From: a virus
Length of the DNA stretch: 64,000 nt
Virus record (IMG/VR): IMGVR_UViG_3300025168_009799
Coordinates: 1-64,000 of that record
Reading direction: 5' to 3' (one strand)
Positions within the stretch are counted from its first letter, which is position 1; each line of letters starts with the position of its first letter. The notes below the pieces were generated by a model. The model saw nothing but the letters and a program-made list of their open reading frames with translations, was not told where the DNA came from and did no database searches. The position numbers were made by a program, and so were the translations under genes. Shown here piece after piece: positions 36,409-45,100 of the stretch.

Positions 36409-38769
36409 ATGAGAAAAATATTATTATTATTATTATTACCTATAATAACTTTTGCACAAAAAGAAGTTGTTATACATGTAACAACAGATAATTATCCATC
36501 TGAAACAAGGTGGGTATTACATGCTGATAGTTTTCAAGGTCCTATACTAGATGAAGTAGCTTATGGATATTATGATTCTTCTAGTACTACTTATACGGAT
36601 ACAGTTTATATCCCAGATAGTATAACTAATATTTCTTGGGTTATATACGATCAATATGGCGATGGTATGCCAGGAGGGAGTTATTATGTTTCTATATGTG
36701 GAGATACTATAGTTAATTATCCTGTACCTACATTTACAAATGGGTTAATACACAATAGAGTAGTTCCTCAATGTATGCCTAATCCACCACCGTGTGTACC
36801 AGCTAAGGTTATAATTAACTTAGATCAATATCAAAGTGAGACATCTTGGGACATAAAAGACACAAATGGGATAATTTATGCAGAATCAGTTACATACGCA
36901 GGAAATCCTGACTATGCTACTATTATAATACCTGTATGTGTACCTAAAGGAGACTTAATTTTTACTATATATGATAGCTATGGTGATGGGTTAAATGGTT
37001 CTTTATGGCAAGGGCAAGACGGTTCTTATTATTTAACACAATGTAATGACACATTAATATATGGTACAGATCCAGCATTTGGTTCTGATACAACGCATGT
37101 ATTTGCATCTGATTCATGCCCTCCTATATTAGGATGTACTGATCCAGCTTATACAGAGTTTAATCCATTTGCTAATTTAGATGATGGGTCTTGTTCTATA
37201 TTAAAGATATTTGGATGTATTGATATATCAATGTACAATTTTGATCCTACTGCTAATACAATGGATATGATTGATAGTTGTGATTACACATTAGTATTAC
37301 ACGATTTAATGGGTAATGGATGGGTTGGTTCTTCTTTAAAGATATATGCTGATGACACAACAGAATATTACAATGCTGGTGGATTTGATGATATTTACAG
37401 CGTTAGTTTAAGGGCTCCGGAATTAATAAGTATACAATTTTTTATTAGTTCTCAAGCAGCTTTAACAACAATAGAATGTGGTTTTACTTTAATTAATCCA
37501 GAAGGTGATACATTAATAAGTGTTCTACCTCCATTCATACAACCTTTATTTGTTTATAATGTAATAACAGATTGTGGTAATACTTGTATCGAAAAGATAT
37601 ATGGGTGTACAATCTTAACAGCAGTAAATTATGATCCACTTGCAAATACAGACGATGTAAGTTGTTATTATGATCCTGGATGTACTAGCCCTGCATTTTT
37701 AGAATATTATACTCAAGGGTTTGTAGCTGATTACGACGATGGTTCCTGTGCTACACAAGCTGTTTGGGGTTGTATTGACAGTACAGCATTTAACTACGAC
37801 CCATTAGCTAATATAAGTAATGGAGGATGTGTACCTGTTATTATAGGGTGCATGCAACCTTTAGCATTTAATTATAATCCTAATGCTAATACTTCTGGGC
37901 CTTGTACTCCTATTATATATGGATGTATGAGCCAATTAGCTATTAATTACGACTCATTAGCTAATACAGATGATGGAAGTTGTATAGGAATAGTGTATGG
38001 ATGTACAGATACTTTAGCTTTTAATTGGGACCCTAATGCTAATGTAGATGATAGCTCATGTGTGCCTGTTATATATGGGTGTATAAATCCAACTATGTTT
38101 AACTATTGTGATAGTTGTAATACTAACGATGGAAGTTGTATAGAAATATTATATGGGTGCACTGATAGTACAATGTTTAATTATAATTCTTTAGCTAATG
38201 TTGATAACAGTTCTTGCATACCTTATATTTACGGTTGTACTGATCCTAGCATGCTTAACTATGAACCAACTGCTAATACAGAAGACTTTAATTGTATTCC
38301 TTTTGTTTATGGGTGTATGGATAATACTGCTATTAACTATGATACGTTAGCTAATACTGACAATGGTTCTTGTATTGAAGCGATTGCAGGATGTAGAGAT
38401 CCAAATGCGTACAATTATAATCCTCTAGCAAATATATTAGCACATGACTCTTTAGGGTGTTTATATGCCGCGGATTGGTGCATAAATGGATCTGGTAACC
38501 CTTTCTTTTTAAACGACGAGTGTTATGCTTGGGTAATATCAGTAGATGATTATTGTTGTGAAAATGAATGGGATAGTATCTGTCAATTAACTTATAATCA
38601 TTGTGATGATAATTGGACAGGGTCTATACCTTCTAGATTAATGGTTACAAGTAAACGTACTTTAATAACTATTGTAGATGTTTTAGGTAGAGAAATAAAA
38701 GAAGAAACTAATCAGCTTCTATTCTATATATATGATGATGGAAGTGTAGATAAAATAATAAAAGAATGA
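36409..38769 (+). CDS. Secreted Cys/Asp-repeat protein with T9SS-like C-terminal tail
   Basis: Signal peptide; two D.Y.SET.W...D.YGDG domains; about 13 GC.d..a.Ny...An.ddgsC repeats; C-terminal IVDVLGRE...LFYIYDDGSVDK. Confidence 0.8.
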   Translation: MRKILLLLLLPIITFAQKEVVIHVTTDNYPSETRWVLHADSFQGPILDEVAYGYYDSSSTTYTDTVYIPDSITNISWVIYDQYGDGMPGGSYYVSICGDTIVNYPVPTFTNGLIHNRVVPQCMPNPPPCVPAKVIINLDQYQSETSWDIKDTNGIIYAESVTYAGNPDYATIIIPVCVPKGDLIFTIYDSYGDGLNGSLWQGQDGSYYLTQCNDTLIYGTDPAFGSDTTHVFASDSCPPILGCTDPAYTEFNPFANLDDGSCSILKIFGCIDISMYNFDPTANTMDMIDSCDYTLVLHDLMGNGWVGSSLKIYADDTTEYYNAGGFDDIYSVSLRAPELISIQFFISSQAALTTIECGFTLINPEGDTLISVLPPFIQPLFVYNVITDCGNTCIEKIYGCTILTAVNYDPLANTDDVSCYYDPGCTSPAFLEYYTQGFVADYDDGSCATQAVWGCIDSTAFNYDPLANISNGGCVPVIIGCMQPLAFNYNPNANTSGPCTPIIYGCMSQLAINYDSLANTDDGSCIGIVYGCTDTLAFNWDPNANVDDSSCVPVIYGCINPTMFNYCDSCNTNDGSCIEILYGCTDSTMFNYNSLANVDNSSCIPYIYGCTDPSMLNYEPTANTEDFNCIPFVYGCMDNTAINYDTLANTDNGSCIEAIAGCRDPNAYNYNPLANILAHDSLGCLYAADWCINGSGNPFFLNDECYAWVISVDDYCCENEWDSICQLTYNHCDDNWTGSIPSRLMVTSKRTLITIVDVLGREIKEETNQLLFYIYDDGSVDKIIKE

Positions 38770-39377
38770 AATATTATAGAGAACAGATTCAAAAAGTAAT
38801 GTTAGAGAAAGGATACAAATATTTTACAAATGATAACTATGATGTAAATATTATAGGTATTAGGAATTCTGATACCCACGGTAAAGTTACAAATGCATTT
38901 GATGATATAATAACTATAACATTTAAAGATGAAGAGGGTAAATGGCATTATAATGAATATGAGTGTACTACAGATCCTGGTACCTCTTATATGGATAATC
39001 CAATATTAGAAAATACAGGATGTGCAATATTAAAACCGGGGCAATATAGAGGATCTCATAAATTAAGATTGCATGCAGGTAAATATTTAGCATTAGGTCA
39101 AAAGAAAAATGTTACAGTGTATAGAGATAATGATAGAGACGATAAGTATGATCTAAATGAATCTAATACTGACACAGGATTATTTGGCATAAACATACAC
39201 AGAGCAACTGGCAGATCTGGCAAGACCTCTACTTATGTAAACAAGTGGAGTGCAGGGTGTCAAGTAATAGCAAGTAATGATGATTGGCATGAATTCTTAG
39301 ATATATGCCAAACAGCTAGAGAAGTGTGGGGAAATAGTTTCTCTTATACATTATTAGAAAGTAAAGACATTATATAA
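38766..39377 (+). CDS. Putative endolysin, L,D-transpeptidase (YkuD)-like cysteine peptidase
   Basis: GINIHRA-x13-WSAGCQV matches the H...S.GC catalytic motif; adjacent to a holin. Confidence 0.75.
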   Translation: MKYYREQIQKVMLEKGYKYFTNDNYDVNIIGIRNSDTHGKVTNAFDDIITITFKDEEGKWHYNEYECTTDPGTSYMDNPILENTGCAILKPGQYRGSHKLRLHAGKYLALGQKKNVTVYRDNDRDDKYDLNESNTDTGLFGINIHRATGRSGKTSTYVNKWSAGCQVIASNDDWHEFLDICQTAREVWGNSFSYTLLESKDII

Positions 39378-39392
39378 ATTAAAAATAAAATT

Positions 39393-39785
39393 ATGAGTAT
39401 ATTAACAAAAATATTTAGTGGTGGTGCAACAGAACTAGTAAAAGGTGTAGGCGGTGTAATAGATAATTTACATACATCTAAAGAAGAGAAGCTTGCTGCT
39501 ACACAAAAAATACAAGAGCTTGTAGCTAGCTATGAGACTCAGATGGAAAAAGAAATCTCATCAAGGTGGAGCGCAGACATGAAGTCTGACTCTTGGTTGA
39601 GTAAGAATGTTAGACCTTTAGTTTTAGTATTCTTAGTTGTATGTACAGTATTAATGATATTTATTGATGCTGGATCTATTAAATTTGTAGTAGAGCCTAA
39701 ATGGACTGACCTATTACAATTAGTATTAATAACTGTGATCGGTGCCTATTTTGGAGGTAGATCGCTAGAGAAGACAAAAAAATAA
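39393..39785 (+). CDS. Holin (GTA 3TM-holin family)
   Basis: RWSADMKSDSWLSKNVRP, two hydrophobic helices, YFGGRSLEK. Confidence 0.85.
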   Translation: MSILTKIFSGGATELVKGVGGVIDNLHTSKEEKLAATQKIQELVASYETQMEKEISSRWSADMKSDSWLSKNVRPLVLVFLVVCTVLMIFIDAGSIKFVVEPKWTDLLQLVLITVIGAYFGGRSLEKTKK

Positions 39786-39791
39786 AAAACT

Positions 39792-40106
39792 ATGGGATTA
39801 ACAGGGACAATAACACCAGAAATGGGTATAGCTATTGATGGCGCATTCGTACAATTACGAGATATATATGTAAACAAAGCACTAACGGCTTCTTGTACAG
39901 CAGATATTTTTAAAGATTCTGAAACGGCAGCAACTCCATCGAGATTAATAGAAACAATAAAATTTTCTTTTACATATAATAAAGCAGGAGAAACTAATTT
40001 AATTGCACAAGCACAAACTGCTTTAAAAGCGTTGACTTCAGTAACACTAGTAGATGGTACTGTAAGAAGTTATAATCTTACTGGATTTGAAGAGAGTGCA
40101 GCTTAA
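39792..40106 (+). CDS. Hypothetical tail-associated protein
   Basis: 104 aa; FSFTY...NLIAQAQTALK. Confidence 0.6.
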   Translation: MGLTGTITPEMGIAIDGAFVQLRDIYVNKALTASCTADIFKDSETAATPSRLIETIKFSFTYNKAGETNLIAQAQTALKALTSVTLVDGTVRSYNLTGFEESAA

Positions 40107-40124
40107 CTATTAAAATATTAAACT

Positions 40125-40814
40125 ATGACACTTAATGAAATAGCGTATAACTTACTAAATTTAATCCGAGGGGGTAAATCTCATCATCATGAGGATATCT
40201 CTTTAGAACAAATAAAATTTAATATACGTTATTATAGAGCTATGTTAATCAGAAGAGATTATGCTAAAAATGGAAATATTACTAGGCATTTAGAACAAGA
40301 TCTTGGATGTCTTAATTTAGAGATAGTTAACGGGTCTAAATGTTGTGGGTTAGAGATTGATTGTGAAGTAGCTAGAACGGTTCTAACAATACCAAAAACA
40401 GTTAGGTTCAATTTTGAAGACGCAATTACTTTTGTAGGAGCAGGAGATGGATTAACTAGAATTCCTTTAATCAGTCCTCAAATAGCTAAATTTGCTCAAT
40501 ATGAAAAGTATACATCACAAAATCAGAAAGCATATATGATCGAGGATTATTTATATATTATGAATCCAAAAGGTCTTGAGTTTGTAAATGTGCGAGGGGT
40601 CTTTGAAAATCCTGAAGATGTTGCTAAATACGAGTGCCCGTCTGGAATATGTTATGATTCAAATTCAGAATATCCTATCCCTATGGATATGGTAGAAGCT
40701 TTAACAAAAGGTGTATTAGGCGGAGAGTTACAATTGCTAGTACAAACAATTAATGATTCAGAGAACAATGCAGTGCAAGACGAACAAGCAGCTCCAAGAC
40801 AGTCAAGAGAATAA
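40125..40814 (+). CDS. Tail ring / structural protein (crAss-type)
   Basis: MTLNEIAYNL, YLYI, VNVRGVFENP, YPIPMDM. Confidence 0.75.
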   Translation: MTLNEIAYNLLNLIRGGKSHHHEDISLEQIKFNIRYYRAMLIRRDYAKNGNITRHLEQDLGCLNLEIVNGSKCCGLEIDCEVARTVLTIPKTVRFNFEDAITFVGAGDGLTRIPLISPQIAKFAQYEKYTSQNQKAYMIEDYLYIMNPKGLEFVNVRGVFENPEDVAKYECPSGICYDSNSEYPIPMDMVEALTKGVLGGELQLLVQTINDSENNAVQDEQAAPRQSRE

Positions 40815-41287
40815 TGGAATATACGATAACAAATATATATAACGACTATATAAATAATCATGAGAATATTGATAAGAAACTATTTATTGATATTTGCTCT
40901 GATTTTAATATACTAGTTGTAGAACATTTACTTGAAGGTAGAAAACTTAAATTAGGAAATAACTTATCCTATATACAAATTGTACGAATGGACAGAGATC
41001 CTAGATCCCCTAGAGTAGATTGGGTAGAAAGTAACAATTATAAAAAAGAACTTATAGATAAATCTATTAAGTTATATGATAAAGAAACAGGAGAGGGCCA
41101 GAAATGGCAAATTTATTATACAGATGAGTATTATTTTAAATATTATTGGAACAAAGGAAGTTGTAGAGTACCTAATAAATCTGTATATAAATTTACAGCT
41201 ACTAGGGGATTAAAAGGGAATAAAGAAAAGTTAACTAATCTTTTGAAGTCTGATGATTTAGCATATTTAAAATTTAAAAAATTATAG
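40814..41287 (+). CDS. IHF-like protein of the crAss tail module
   Basis: LKLGNNLSYIQI, VDWVES, YYFKYYWNK, YKFTATR; position before the tail tubular gene. Confidence 0.65.
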   Translation: MEYTITNIYNDYINNHENIDKKLFIDICSDFNILVVEHLLEGRKLKLGNNLSYIQIVRMDRDPRSPRVDWVESNNYKKELIDKSIKLYDKETGEGQKWQIYYTDEYYFKYYWNKGSCRVPNKSVYKFTATRGLKGNKEKLTNLLKSDDLAYLKFKKL

Positions 41288-41291
41288 AAAT

Positions 41292-42161
41292 ATGGCAATA
41301 TATAAACACGTATCAAGTAAAACAATAATAAGAAAAATCTTTAGAGATTTAAATGTATCTGGTGATAATTGGATAGAGGATTCTATTGAATGGATGGGAG
41401 AAGCTTTAGAACATATTGGAGCTAGTCCTCAGTTATGTCAGAAAGGTACTACAATATCTATAGCAGATTATACTGGAGCATTGCCATCTGACTTATACTA
41501 TATAAACCAAGTGGCTGTAAATAATACTGTAGGGTCTGCTACGAAGTCTGAACTAACAGATGTATTAGCTAAGATTAAAGTTATAGAAAATAAACTATCG
41601 GCAGATCCTAATCAAAATTTTTCTACAGATTTAAGAAAATTAAATGAAAGAATGTTAGTACTGCAAAATATTTATCTAACTGGCAGTCAAGGAAGTTTAG
41701 TACCTATGGCTTATTCAACAGATACATTTCCTACAGCATTACATTGTGACGATTGTGTAAATGAAAAAGCTATAAGTGATGATACATATTTTATTAACTC
41801 TGGGCATATAAAAACGTCTTTTGAAAAAGGAACAGTTTGTTTAAGTTATACAGCTTTTCCAATAGATGATGATTGCTATCCTATGGTTCCAGATGACATT
41901 AGTTTTAAAGAAGCTTTATTTTGGTATATAGTTAAAAAATTAGTATTGAGAGGTACGAGACTACCAACCCAATTAGGGTATGAAATGGCAGAAGGGCAGT
42001 GGAAGTATTACTGTTCTCAAGCAAGGAATGCAGCTAACTATCCAGATATAGATAGAATGGAATCATTTATGAATCAATGGGTTAGATTAATCCCAGAAAT
42101 TAGTCGTGCAGATAATGGATTTAAACATTTAAATGTACGAGAAAGTTTAGATAGAAGCTAA
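41292..42161 (+). CDS. Tail tubular / ring protein
   Basis: IEWMGEALEHIG, IKTSFEKGTVCLSY.AFPIDDD.YPMVPDD, W.YY..QA. Confidence 0.8.
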   Translation: MAIYKHVSSKTIIRKIFRDLNVSGDNWIEDSIEWMGEALEHIGASPQLCQKGTTISIADYTGALPSDLYYINQVAVNNTVGSATKSELTDVLAKIKVIENKLSADPNQNFSTDLRKLNERMLVLQNIYLTGSQGSLVPMAYSTDTFPTALHCDDCVNEKAISDDTYFINSGHIKTSFEKGTVCLSYTAFPIDDDCYPMVPDDISFKEALFWYIVKKLVLRGTRLPTQLGYEMAEGQWKYYCSQARNAANYPDIDRMESFMNQWVRLIPEISRADNGFKHLNVRESLDRS

Positions 42162-45100
42162 TGAAATATCTTAAGGGAATAAATAGAGACGTAGGACCTA
42201 CAGCCCAACCAGAGGGAACTTATAGATTTGCTAATAATGCAGTTCTTAAAAAAGATTATGGCGCTATAGCTAATGAAAGTGGTACAAATGAATTTCCTTC
42301 GACAGTTTATATTATTGGAGAATGTAGTTTAGATAATGGAGATTTTATATTATTTGAAGCAGACCAAGATCCTACTGGAGATCATTATATAAATAGATAT
42401 GATAAAAATGGAGTTTTTTTAAATACAGTACTGCATAGGAATGATTTAAACTTTTCTACTCTGTTTCCTATTAAAGCTGTTTCTAAAAGAGTTGCAGATG
42501 AGTATATTGTTTATTGGACAGATAATAATAATAAACCTGCAGTTTTAAATATAGCTAGGCAAGAGACTGCAAATACTACAGTTCCTTTTAATGATTCATT
42601 AATATACGGAAGTATTATTAAGGATATTAATAATTTATCTTTAATGAGCTATTCAGGTTCGGTTCCAGTTATTACAAGCGCAACTGTGGAAGAAGGAGGT
42701 AATTTACAAACAGGTACATATTATTTAGCATTAGCTTATATGGGATTAGACCGGGTTACTACAAATTATGTAACTATTTCTAATGCTGTATATGTACCAG
42801 GATCAAAAGATACTTATGCATGGACAAATATAGTAGGATCCCCAAGTGGTATTCCTTCTAACAAACAGATAGTTTTTCATGTGGGTAATTTAAATACAAC
42901 CTTTGAGTTTCTACAACCGGTCATATTAAGACGAGCAGGGGGTGGATATGATGCGTTTAAACTAACAGTACAAACAATTGAGGCAGCCGTAGATATAGTT
43001 ACTTTTTCAGGATCTGAAAATTACTCTACAGCATCTCCAGCAGAAGTCATTATAGATTATCCAGTATATGATAAAGCAAAAGCGTTAGAGATTGTTGACA
43101 GTGTTTTATATCTAGGAAATTTAGAAGGCTCTTTAGACGTTGGGTATCAACCATATGCAAACGCAATTGAATTAGAAGCTACAACTAAGATTATTCACAA
43201 TTACGAGGACATAGATTTTGTTGAATCTACCTTAGAAGATAATGTAGTTAAACCTTTAAATAAAAATTCTTATCGTCACGCTCATATGAGTTATATGTAT
43301 AAAGGTTATACTAGAGAGGAGGTATATGCTTTTTATATTGTATGGGTTTTAAAAGACGGAAGAGAGACCTATGGGTATCATATACCTGGTAGAACATCAT
43401 CAAATAATGATAATGAGTTAGACTTAGTAACCAACCCTACAACTGTATTAGAAAAACAAGTTCCTAATGTTTTTAATTTCCATATGAATTCTTGGATAGA
43501 TAATAGTAATTATGTTAATAATATGGGATATTGGGAAAATCAAGATGAACGGTATCCTATTTCTGATAATTATGAAACTTTGGATGTAAGTGTTGTTGGT
43601 AATCCAATTGCTTCATCTAAACCAGATTTAGCAGGAGAGGCAGTTAGACATCATCATTTTCCAAGTAATAATACGTGTGACGATAATACAAATGATTTAA
43701 ATCCTATTATATCTAATAGTGTTTCTAGTTCATTCACAACAGGTGTAGATATTGTAGATGAAGTAGCGCCTGTAAATTGGAATTATGCAGCAGACCCAAC
43801 AAATATAGACGTAAGAGATTCATTTGGACAAACTCCTCCAATGGGTAATAGAATAGAAATATCTACACTTGATGGATTAATATTTTTTGAGCCCAGAAAT
43901 ATTGCAGACGATGCTACAGGAGCAACGCCTTATTATAGCGGTCCACAACTTCCTCCAGGATCTTCAACTGATTGGGGTACCAGATTAGCTGGACAAGATT
44001 GGATAGAATTTTTTGATTGGCAAACGGGTAATGCAAGTCCTACAGCAGATGAAACAAATTTTTTGAATGCAATGAATGCAGTTGGCCCTTTTCATTACGG
44101 AGGATTAAGTGGGAGCACTCCTCCTGGAAGTGGTCCTTTGCAATGTAATTCTTTTGTACATGGGTGGACTGATCCTTATGGATTTATGTATTCAGCACCA
44201 GGTACAACACCAGCTCAAATTGTAGCTAATCCACAGCCTCACCACTGGGCATTGAATGCATTGGGATCTGCTTCTTGGTGTGCTCCTGGTGCTTGGGGTG
44301 TTCATACTCAAGGGTTTGCGTATAAACCAGGAGTAAATGATCATAATACTTGTAGTTGGGGAGGTGGAACTATGAATGGCCTTTGGCCCTATGGTGTCCC
44401 TAGTTGCCCAGTTGTTTCAGCTCCGCCGTGTGCTTGTGGGTCTCCTACTAGTGGTACTCCATACCATGGAAGAAAAGAAAAAGCAATATATTATAAACAG
44501 TGGTATAATGGACCAATGCCTAATTATCTACAATATGATATTTCATTTAAAATTAGATGGGTAGGGTCTGGGGTAGCGCAAACATCTACTACTTACACTA
44601 GTCCTGGACCAGCTCCTTCGGATTTAAATATCTTAGGATTTCATTTGAATAACGTTAAAGTGCCTTCAGATATTGCAGATACTGTTCAAGGGTTTAGAGT
44701 TTATAGAGCAGAAAGAGATTGGAAAAACAAACGAGTATGGGGACAAAGCCCTGCTATTTCGATGAGAGCAGTAGGAGGGTATGACCCTAATCAAGGTGGT
44801 GGTAGTAATGTAGGAGTAGTATCACCCTGGCCAAAAGATGAAACGCAGACAGATTTCATTCCTAGCGCTGCTGGAGGAAATACGATGTTGCCATATAAGA
44901 CTTCAGGTTCACCGCCTAAAGGAGCCGAGTATGGAGATATGAGAACAGTTTGGGTTAGAACAGCTAATCCTGAAAGTCTTGAACAAACGTATCAATCAGA
45001 TAAAGGGAATCCTACATTCTTTGGTGACCCTGCACAGTATGATATAAAATATCCTAACGCTGGATTTGCATTATATGATTTTACATTATTAAGACAATTA

